From positions 1,115-65,114 of the forward strand of contig JALHQN010000022.1 in NCBI GenBank assembly GCA_022841915.1: 64,000 nt of DNA. Direction: 5' to 3'. The notes below the pieces were generated by a model. That model saw nothing but the letters and a program-made list of their open reading frames with translations. It was not told where the DNA came from and ran no database searches. Shown here piece after piece: positions 62,201 through 64,000 of the stretch; positions within the stretch are counted from its first letter, which is position 1; the number at the start of each line of letters is the position of its first letter. The translations under genes and the position numbers were made by a program. The DNA comes from Burkholderiales bacterium. GTDB taxonomy: Bacteria > Pseudomonadota > Gammaproteobacteria > Burkholderiales > WYBJ01.

Positions 62201-64000
62201 CGTGCGCATCTTCTCCAACACGTTCTACGCGCCGACCGGCGACAACGTCCGCATCCAGTCCTCGTCCACGGAAGTGGAAGTGCGCGGCAACGTGATGTGG
62301 GCGCAAGCGGGTTACGACATCTACGTCGCCAACGATTCGCAGAGCGGCTTTTTCAGCGACTACAACAACCTCTACGCCACGGGCGAGGGCAAGGTCGGCT
62401 ACTGGACCAAGGACTTCGTCGACGTGCTCGACTGGCAGGCGGACATCGCCTTGTTCGATCTGCATTCGATCGGCGCGACGGTGGTCAATCCGGACTGGGC
62501 GCGGCCTGCTTTCGCCGATCTGGCCCGCGACGATTACCGCATTCTGCCGCCCGTGGCGCAGCTGCGGCATACCAGTCCCACGGTCGATGCCGGGGATGCG
62601 CGTGCCGACAACGGCGTGCCGCCCGGGTATGTCAACCTGCTGGCGAACGCCGGCTTCGAGGCCGATCTTGCCAACTGGGTCGCCAATGCCGGTGCGGCGA
62701 TTCGCACCACAGGCCCCGTCGCGTACGAAGGCGGCAAGTACTTCAGCGCGGGCAATGTCGAGGAAGGCTTCGTGCAGCAGACGATCGATCTGCTCGGCGC
62801 CGGTTACAGTGCCGCGCAGCTCGACAGCCAGGATCTCGAAGTGGTGTTCGGCGGCCGGCTGCGCAGTGCAGCCGAGACGCTGGTCGATCGCGGCGAAGTG
62901 CGCGTTACCTTCCTCGCCGCGAATCTCGCGGCTCTCGGCACGACGACGGTCGTCGCCGACAACCCCTCCGACCGCTGGTCGCTCGTGGGTGGTCGCACCG
63001 ATATTCCGGTCGGTGCGCGCTCGGTGCGCTTCGAGTTCCGCGCGTATCGTGACAGCGGTGCCAGCAACGACGCCTGGCTCGATCAAGCCTTCTTGTACGT
63101 GCGTGCCGAGGCCGACGGCGCCGATCAAGGGGCGTTCGGGTTCGAGGTGACCGACATCGGTCTGGCGGGCGCACCGCGCATCGCGCTGCGTTTCCCGGAT
63201 CTGTACACCGATTGGGAAAAGGACAAGCCGCTCGACATTCGCTGGGACACGTTCGGCAATGCCAACGAATCGCCGGTGCGCATCGACCTGATGCAGGACA
63301 CCCCCGAGGGCCCGGCGCTGCTGGCGACGATCGCGGCGGCCACGCCCGACGACGGCAGCTTCACCTGGATTCCATCCACCAGCCCGACCAATGTCGATTT
63401 CGGCACTTACGGCTTGCGCATCCAGGTGTCGCTCGTGGCGAATCCAGCCGTGATCGATCGCAGCCAGGAGAGCTTCACCGTCCCCGAGAGCGGCGCCGAC
63501 TACTGGGTGGACGATCGCAGCAACGTCGACGACGAATACACCCCCGGGGCGATCGGCGACAACCGGAACACCGGCAAGCTCGCGACGGCGCCCAAGCCCA
63601 ACCCGGTCAATCTGTTCCGGGTCTACGATCTTTCCGCCGGCGATACGGTGCATGTCGACACCGGCGACTATGCCCTGATCCATGCGCTCAAGCTCTCCGG
63701 CAGCACGGACTACGGTCTGGGTCTGGACGAAGGCTTCACCATCGTCGGCCCGACCGACACCAGCCGCGTGGCCGAGCTGTTCCCGGCGCTGCCCGGCAAT
63801 CGCACGCGCGCTCTGATCGAACTGGAGAACGCCGACTTCGTCAGCGTGAGCCATCTGAGTTTGCGCGACGCGCAGCGCGGTCTCTACGTTCACTCCGGCA
63901 GCGACAACTTCTCCGGTTCGCACCTCACCGCGTGGGGGCATGCGGCCGAGGGCATGCGCATCGATACCAACAACCCGCTGTGGAACATCGAGCACCTCAC
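41211..64000 (+). CDS. giant (>7,596 aa; 3' end beyond window) LEPR-XLL-motif / RTX-repeat beta-solenoid surface protein
   Basis: The frame with codon starts divisible by 3 has no stop from ATG 41211 (AGGA 7 nt upstream) to the window end; I read it codon by codon. No + ORF in the supplied track occupies this frame in 41.2-64 kb. GC3 is very high. All recognisable motifs lie in this frame. Confidence 0.9.
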   Translation, partial: MNPLLGKLTRRLRSSLTGAGFRSDRPVGKEPQPPFVRSAIHRMLFESLEQRLLLSDTPLTPPTYTAEINYDAGLSTGMDVTLEVISDAGTPVLRLWDNAFGLERGRQILDENIRVTITGSEDTLLTGRSLSDVLRIDLGHTGGAFAPYSIMVELDGGENLPSTPLLSVDDAVIVQNTGPTLYIPSSLFIKSTSDVIFNSGVTINGGLDVQSEERISVGAGVAISAGDVYFGVTDTLDSGFDLIDGFNILGAATAGITLDGASITASHIGLFAAAVLDIDTEDSAYFNDVVKIAFVQASADAAITIEGAAVLTATNGITARASSTATSKATTAPDDTSTQSDTDASIASNIVHSAASVRVGGTASLISGGTVTLSAVNTADVSASADGTSGADAGTAIGGTVAIASLSGDTTAQIADSASVTAGALSVGAVNNRTVHTQAKATQGGASDPGASSTTGSQTLETEEASTGDGSVGFAAAVAVTHVDGTTVGRIATGGTVTSTGAIVVTATSSLGAPAAAAMMTQADGSSASGSGTAVGVAVAINVVDIGARASLGGTGTIMASSISVQSTTTTSDKMGAQSISGASGSDLGIAGSLAINVGVTRTESTIEAGSALTVLGGNVSLGATSQTHDVAKALPQEDPVSGESFGMGASVAINVADHTTRAIVDTTALNPVTTFNGLGLALNASSNSDVDTEARGGAEGGTAITPVAAITIATDHTRVGLGAGSATTLSGALTGTATHAGDVLGKAEGDAEGSDSAAVGASFTFTRSSPTVEALIAGNLTATGAATMTARSTGSARSDAKAAARGAQENGSDADDTAANGRGAGDNAATAGGRGASDSGSSTTPSSETSDGPVTVAAAIAIHISESSARAGVADGVTVSTGGALTLRGESNIDSTVKADGTAASGSTNVAAAVAIGVATANTEASIGNSIVISQGLTLDARMADVSGDARHEASAEAVSGAGDADNSGDTSVAGSLAINVGKSRSEAFVAGAANVDANGGDVSLNARSTSRDRGTALPQGGGAVAENVGVGASVAINIADRVSRAEVMNGAGFTDTGTVTIGARTDSTLETKAEGGAKGGTAITPVFALTIANQDSIARIGSGGTLTASGSVSVTSDLRSTNTTQTEGKAEGSEDAAVGAAVSLNFEYDTSQATIARAVTATGDVSVRASSQVAASAEAKASAVGGNTDDENSNDDDDAVDQQNAAGRNRGDTAAAGGGARGSSNNQSNPTASTASTDTSESGGTDSVSVAAAVALNITETTSRAQIVTGAINAGGNVSVASSANTDAEAKADGSATGAGSVGVGAAVAINAPSVVNEALIGGGVAVTADGLSITAGMTAVDGNQTHTYLADAKSGAGDGDVGVAGSLAINVANTDTRAAMLTGASAALNGGALVLTAASTTTNTANALPVEGLETDGSDAGVGASVSVNYIDHNVTADLQSGTPITGTAASLLVSASGNHTTVTEAENGAKGDVGVGVGAAVTIAEGDTLAHAGAGGSLNLTGSAGVLATHFHQITANADAEAAAESVGVGASVVVTIAAETARASLGRSLNATGSVDVGSSFTLLSTATAAASAKGNDSGDSTRDSDQEASNQANNQGNTGGDRAVPSAQGQTDSANSEASSESSSESDSVGVAAAIAVNVMVISNTAEILAGTTVAALGTVTVDATADFNAITQATGDAFDLSGGTGVGAAVGFTYADADNIARVGANANLTGTAVRITADRPGNSGEHEFRTWGLAAGGGEDTGAAGSVAINYVNITTTAAAGPGARLTATAGNVDVRADEVTAVQVVAGGAGVSTEGSGVGAAVGINIIDIATTASIGADAVVVARDDVNVTADAAIIPATVDLPDPLGSISLTNVSVSGGISNGDLGVAGSAAINIFDLRTVAFIDDRAQVNQTGTAGADQDVLVRATSSTEIDSGAGAGGLSTGSTGVGIGLDFTYLEEDTLAWIGSSADVRAADDITVRAQSSHDVVSVSAAAGLATDGVGAAGGVTVYLLWTDTRAYVEGGAALGTVLDAGGDVRVTAQGDLDALMIAGALAYGSSAGIGISSTVLVHEDVVEASLGRSSVVNAGGDVGVVVDARSSENLVTVAVGGGVSSDAGIAASAVVNVLTQTTRAYIDRGSSVTAQNAGTLSHPGIAVTADDETDIVAVAGSVGASSTVGVGIGATVGTISKTTEAYIESGVTATSDGHVIVGARNDEDVTSFAAGVGASGTAGIAGDANVYLLDITTRGFVGDDPSDLTGSLGAGHVHARGNISISADDRSELDLITGSVGASGTVGIAASAGVTTTTKETLAFVGNGARVTADGLIEGLTVYDGIAIGSTAAAPLDQTAFADAGEGEIATAGNGEIGLPNLGAIDSNQDGANDQSDTSFLAQRTATLAPNVGFRGLSVTANNRDDIETFSVSLGAGTVGIGIGATVNVVDTFTQAWIGDDALVNLDNTAASGAQSVVVSAANDFYHLSVSGAIGVGTVGIAPGVNVTVLAHDTQARIGVFATVNARDDVRVQSSGKDDIVLVAAGVAAGTVGIGGAINVLTLDNNTIASIGGASTVSAGGDVLVRADDSTDIDVIAGALGAGTVGIGASVGVITLAKDTQAYIGNTATVDAKGNGTGIAGTLTGDIAGDGFSAGQIHGVIVQATSSEDFLHLGVAAGAGYVGVAGGVIVSLLDSDTTAYIGANAAINQNNAGANAAQSVYVNAANHADTFTFAGAVGAGFVGVAGSVDVGSLKNDTAARILSGARVAARDDVEVNALSIVDVESYTLSGAAGFVGAAGAVSVWSIGSPLTRDYQDSNGASSSALEKKVDSNGNGEVDDSDGTDSGDRDGARQAQTARNETGKVLTGFDSGNTVDGKKSSQERVNSSASSAAAKLNSRAPGEAGLLAAVNDATPAQGTEATVAAGVVIEAGDDVRITARQDAIVDTTVFGAGAGAVGGGAAISIMSTAFNTTAALGGTVSAGGEVVVSSRLDQDVDLLTMAGGFGFVGLGAAVAVFNDASNQQALIGDGARILSAASISVAAVSNRNLDIDTDQITAGAGAIGASFTRLDTDGSTSATVGNNVEVGQGTGTVGSLAVTADSNVTAHAQTLGLAAGGIAVSVNFAFVDVTPLVRAQIGTGGAIDVTGAVTVRAVATDDAEARVLTGSFGAGAVGASVARANLSPDVEAIVGAGTAVVAGGLIRVQSRHNHTGTAASAGKGALAIADAPSVGLAGAGSGTVPTALANADATARVGSGAVLTSTSGAVEVTAYNSNDASAESVSLALSLGAAFGVNVATAQANGATTADMQGGVGDGTSLLVRASALNDADAQADSATTGIVTGNGAVATARANGNVTASVGAGAGGSIDVDGNVTIEAISDARADAETFGASFSGLAALGVMVADAEVTPDVTARITGPMSIDAGGAISIVALHNAGGGTAARADADSPSGGLGGAINGVIVDAVAAADTLAQVGDGATLTAGGTINVSATGSNRIVAFGDADTFGTLFGVGALVITGEASGSTRALMDGDIVSGSALIISAAGQARAPVVAEASAGSLGIAANATVATATSNARVDAGIAGAAQVNVTGNVSISAVDDSDVSAEAYGTSFGLVGDFGVGLANATNNAQVDVRIGAGARVDAGGDISVRGRHNATTAGNPLSAGTDPQGDADLQGARAVSYAPGGSLGVSGKFVFAKAIASADVDVHVDGGATLYSDGDIVVEALSVDAAKARPLGASWGLLAGFGATRAEAIADGSSQARMNGSVGDALTSGAATLTVTARGHALADAKGKALAGGILGAGSAATAIATSDGTVNAMLGGNQTVRVSGNIAITAHSIGDADAVATGSSLGSIAAGGSASDAVLTPTVGAIIGSNAHVRSVAGHVLVSANHNRGLNDGFGARAYSSASSGGLLSGSGADAEATITLDMDATVGDGSTISAGDYVRLEAIADNFADAQGSGTAIGLGSVGVSVARANIAGSALTAVGAAQIGAGTDLVVYTQVGGRADAEADAASGGILGGGQFNRAAATYSPTLGAQVNNGAAVSVGRDVLLTTSSTGDAHADADGITVQLAGLSMGISLADARVRPVMDTWIGAASATAGRNIIVSARHNADQTGAIAGLGAHAEANASGGGLLSGNGAVVTATATADMETRVGGAGSTISAGGDLVIESRAGNQAQATGEGLSISVIGVGIILSDAIAGGTFVSTANNTFNADPLSAAVVAGTTVAARNVRIEAIGENAARSDTVAPSVGLAISGTGTDSNAISTQNVSASVGGNVTTSGDIRVTAFNDGEAYADAEGTNFAGLAAIGRTVANARVSPNVSATVAAGAVLDADGIVRLEATHTTDDGAEAAGESVSGALGVAGSGTLPTARSNARVDASLGGGSRVHGGSGVELIAQTADRAITRSNGLTVGLIAGIGISDATSTSAGHVTASTGSVTITGSGFTLTATASQRADAEAEASGGGLLAGANASMAEANVNPTVRAEIGVGANIDVAQNVLVQSNAFVEGDADAEGITLALGVSGGASDAEVNETSNIAAVVGDNAQVRAGGTVEIRARRNGDIQIYDGKFDAATSVSTANDWIDLPGAHGLELGDRVLYFSGGAFTGNIAEFIAGSGDAIGGLRNLQTYAVIPVTEVAGQPRNDVVRLGAVFTSREVDADGDVVRFASPHGLTTGQRVTYGYEGAGGAIGGLTPNAPYYAHVIDSKTVKLYASASQATAPSASVFTAFSDSSTETFNTLVPHGFTQNQAITYIAPPAKEFGAASVSADDDTVSIRGHGYSGGEEVTYYVNPGNPVLPGLTNRTTYFVIRVDEDRIAFAESGFDAFFGIAVDLGAASGTTSHYIAAAGEIPILGLTPLRTYYADVVDATQLRLLASPGGSVVPVDFAGAGGAQNLRAAGVALANADGLGQPIPGQHYFYYDLTSVGVGTQILIGAGGVDGFSGQSGSNGISRAYATGTAGALLAGFEFTSGVTVINPTVEALVGSNAQIHAGTDFVLTAASGVAGGGQARTTAGGLISYGDADPEVHITQHLSARLNAGADVVAGRNATIATDADLYADLNAYSIGGGAISAADGDADAIIHYSTLTEIGAGATLYAGGTLDLLANTRLDGKVQAYSGSGGLAIRPDTDANYRVGSTANSQPTRVAIGENAQVFAYDDATLRAETGGGYIEVRGEAEAWGLLADTNADNGIFLHTRSAVDVATGAIVTGLESLDVQALQRRVNTYVEAIADGKALSDSDAHAYFTANHQAAINGAAGATFASNALTVGAYADQPGRGYRWYYFGAWPFSGGDYHAAGSPQRTIVFDADVTLLSGKAELVVDANGIIASATNVSVNGGQTSGAVAGEISVDGIFNDSPGHALFEVNALDQFNPGTIQGTQGTFTVRHTFEKVDIVNHSGQDMRINNLDPIDRDGVPFADVDINVDQNGLQFAIAHDFGPTDITIVNTHATAAPDITLNGLIDNPLGLTIIANASGGILSAGPQQILRSNRTELEANAGTIGASSVLSDRPINVEMVASPGRPTDLDADAGDDLVLSLRGLQRDPAAGAFTVQIGTLEAGDDVDVRLQQAYLQTAVAGAFSYGLTVDTLAPSLGIDPPPADYIEHYPSGGVTPVVNLPVGTFGSGATAVAVTYDFDMLRAGNDIDVNGNLSGPLIHVVGTTDILGQGEIDARVNGDITLHEIHGDMRIGSIASTLNDVVLSAHHGIVDAHGDAAADVTGNHIDLTAGTVIGSFLNDVEIDSAHSAAGDVIARAAGDIYLTETTGALVVEDVHSSVIGHVRLTTVDSQATGESIFVGDTRTVRAAGGSVTLQAGDDIVVGGTVSASARLFLAADWRNADPGVGAVIALTGTVTGMTPELYGGDDDDIIDARVIGTGVTVYGRGGNDVIDGTAFDDRLYGEGGRDTLRGHDGNDLLVAGFGIGDVLLGGEGDDLIYGSDEGAETDPNFFDATPHGDVIDGGPGNDIIFGLGGADFIRGGDGDDFIDGGAGDDLILGDAGADVLYGNLGNDTIYGHDIDGASDDGAPDSIYGEWGDDVLHGGAGDDLIEGGFGNDRLYGGAGDDRLDAGYGTSQILDGGAGDDILIGSDDGSDTMDGGAGRDRLYGLAGNDFLRGGDGDDIIEGGDGDDVLWGQAGSDVLLGGLGNDILYGHAENGSGDDNAVDYLYGDLGTNGFEAGSGADRLYGNGGNDLLFGEGGDDLIEGVAGFSSAELSGGIANLIDFGEAGDTASFVMPAATPAPAMVPVDYTNLRAAAELPSGTAHAGRWADLGGSAVAGGLSGNSGLSFAPAVAHGPGGAVVVWSDSRNGNLDIHAARRTPVAWEELGGSSTGGGISGNPAPAYAPSVAIGGDGTIYVAWTQAHAGGRDIHVARFDESAHGGAGAWVALGSSLTGGGISGTGAATDAKILATGAGPVVAWLDASSGTSQVYVKRFDGVAWQALGAGSASGTGVSAHSAGGIVGDLAATTDGTRVAVAWAVENATGVRHIFLSEYAAGVWAGRGGSATGSGVSGAVDAAVEGSLSFGAQPTLAYHGGDLFVAWQAHSDQGAAIVAVQYQGSTATTRLVHGVPDRPAQPVLTTGGGDLQLLWVRTPLVAGPANLYALAWNGSSFVEELPDEASPRGISPTSEAVQSLAAATDASGRVLVVWQDVIPGRPEIYARGESSEVGTVYRARGVSVQSILDSNNLGAGDVIVVEGVHAGFTIAGQDAGVLIYGAPGATVQGDIVVESGASGVTLQRLTIAGRVDVRGANNFGLTQSTVNGGVSLEGGSAASISYNTIAGTGTALALTGAVSGAVIERNTIDGTSTGVNVAASLLAPGVGPSALRLAHNDIRGAATGLRIAVASSGSIEANDISSAGVVLNLDAVFNGGIVDNTMHGGAVGVRYAAGNALAGNRIFGNATGVQHLVTEQTQGLGFVSTGLAPGVQPRNEIYANSTVGVALSGRMQNQIVRNNPIGVNGSGTLGGAALEFANDIDANGVGVSGFTGTIQFNRFGANATAIAATSEQRILHNVFYRNSAHGVLVSGRNDVRIFSNTFYAPTGDNVRIQSSSTEVEVRGNVMWAQAGYDIYVANDSQSGFFSDYNNLYATGEGKVGYWTKDFVDVLDWQADIALFDLHSIGATVVNPDWARPAFADLARDDYRILPPVAQLRHTSPTVDAGDARADNGVPPGYVNLLANAGFEADLANWVANAGAAIRTTGPVAYEGGKYFSAGNVEEGFVQQTIDLLGAGYSAAQLDSQDLEVVFGGRLRSAAETLVDRGEVRVTFLAANLAALGTTTVVADNPSDRWSLVGGRTDIPVGARSVRFEFRAYRDSGASNDAWLDQAFLYVRAEADGADQGAFGFEVTDIGLAGAPRIALRFPDLYTDWEKDKPLDIRWDTFGNANESPVRIDLMQDTPEGPALLATIAAATPDDGSFTWIPSTSPTNVDFGTYGLRIQVSLVANPAVIDRSQESFTVPESGADYWVDDRSNVDDEYTPGAIGDNRNTGKLATAPKPNPVNLFRVYDLSAGDTVHVDTGDYALIHALKLSGSTDYGLGLDEGFTIVGPTDTSRVAELFPALPGNRTRALIELENADFVSVSHLSLRDAQRGLYVHSGSDNFSGSHLTAWGHAAEGMRIDTNNPLWNIEHL
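41337..41375 (+). other. LEPR-XLL-like N-terminal motif ([13 protein letters not shown])
   Basis: Matches the LE(P)RxLLS signature found at the N-termini of very large repetitive proteins. No hydrophobic signal peptide precedes it. Confidence 0.6.
42525..46400 (+). repeat. protein-level super-repeats (~360-400 aa each) separated by D/S/N/T/G-rich linkers
   Basis: Unit starts AK(A/G) are at about 42525, 43611, 44751 and 45942. Each has a polar linker followed by several GxG(A/S)SVAIN turns. Confidence 0.6.
46400..54830 (+). repeat. ~55-60 aa periodic Gly/Ala/Val/Thr/Asp-rich solenoid-type repeats
   Basis: The recurrent pattern is G(V/I)(G/A)x(S/A)xx(V/I)xx(L/I)xxxTxAx(I/V)(G/D)xx(A/S)x(V/L)xAxx(D/N)(V/I)x(V/I)xAxxxxx(I/L/V)xx(V/I)(A/S)xGxG. 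One example is [36 protein letters not shown]. Confidence 0.6.
54891..55800 (+). repeat. about five HG(L/F/Y)xxGxxVxY ... GLxxxxxYY(V/A) repeats
   Basis: Examples: [18 protein letters not shown]..., [131 protein letters not shown]. Confidence 0.55.
58704..59732 (+). repeat. RTX (haemolysin-type Ca-binding) nonapeptide repeat blocks, about 25 copies
   Basis: Examples: [85 protein letters not shown], and on to [19 protein letters not shown]. Confidence 0.9.
59884..61105 (+). repeat. seven ~55-60 aa repeats, probable 7-bladed beta-propeller
   Basis: Each unit reads W..LGGS..G.GIS......P..A...G...VAW........I(H/Y)V.R(F/Y). Examples: [106 protein letters not shown]...[25 protein letters not shown]. 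Confidence 0.6.
61125..62380 (+). other. right-handed parallel beta-helix (PbH1 / NosD-pectate-lyase-like) module
   Basis: Successive ~22-25 aa turns carry N(T/N)I.G / I..N.I.G signatures: [110 protein letters not shown]. Confidence 0.65.
62626..63103 (+). other. CBM-like / galactose-binding-like jelly-roll module
   Basis: [25 protein letters not shown] ... GGKYFSAGN ... FVQQTIDL ... RFEFRAY ... [11 protein letters not shown] is the usual N.GFE..L..W entry and terminal-strand pattern of CBM4/9/CBM6-type domains. Confidence 0.5.
63168..63483 (+). other. Ig-like module (Kre9/KNH-like pattern)
   Basis: [30 protein letters not shown]...[33 protein letters not shown] fits the W..G....I.W...G....V.I.L.......IA....N.GS..W..P......G..Y.I.V pattern. 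Confidence 0.45.

Noticed and set aside
40905-63995. Very long minus-strand ORFs covering the giant gene: 40905-43430, 44115-45695, 45711-48677, 48828-50546, 50637-52487, 52530-55883, 56019-57476, 57648-60059, 60309-61238 and 62061-63995.
   Set aside because: Their translations are Arg/His/Gly/Asp-rich low-complexity strings without motifs. They tile antisense to a single stop-free + frame that has strong GC3 bias and recognisable domains. They are classic shadow ORFs of high-GC DNA.

Overview
High-GC (about 68-70%) proteobacterial chromosomal segment. The gene repertoire looks betaproteobacterial, but I cannot prove that without a database. Positions 0-41 kb hold ordinary, densely packed metabolic genes. 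These include hyi plus a glycerate kinase, enoyl-CoA hydratases, a multi-rhodanese protein, an MFS transporter and an LLM oxidoreductase. A complete assimilatory nitrate/nitrite regulon follows: nasT, leader, nasFED-type ABC transporter, nirBD, nasA, cobA. Next come two tandem DUF2889 genes, a split leucine/isovalerate (liu) cluster, a YciI / BNR-propeller / MoaD-like operon, ggt, phaC and a PEP-CTERM protein. From 41211 to the right edge (22.8 kb) there is one uninterrupted + strand reading frame of at least 7,596 codons. It is absent from the supplied ORF track because it has no stop inside the window. It encodes a giant repetitive surface-type protein with this order: LEPR-XLL-like N-terminal motif, about 4,500 aa Gly/Ala/Thr/Val/Asp-rich solenoid with super-repeats and acidic linkers, HG..G..V.Y repeats, about 25 internal RTX nonapeptides, a 7-repeat propeller-like module, PbH1-type beta-helix, a CBM-like jelly roll, an Ig-like module and a second beta-helix. 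This giant gene is my best candidate for the unusual system, together with the cohesin-like PEP-CTERM gene just upstream. The second hidden item is a 69-codon SelW/Rdx-like gene with an in-frame TGA (candidate selenocysteine) and a downstream hairpin, in an apparently empty intergenic region. I saw no rRNA, tRNA, CRISPR array, transposase or integrase. All functional calls come from motif and family recognition by eye; no searches were run. Most long minus-strand ORFs in the track are GC-driven shadow frames.
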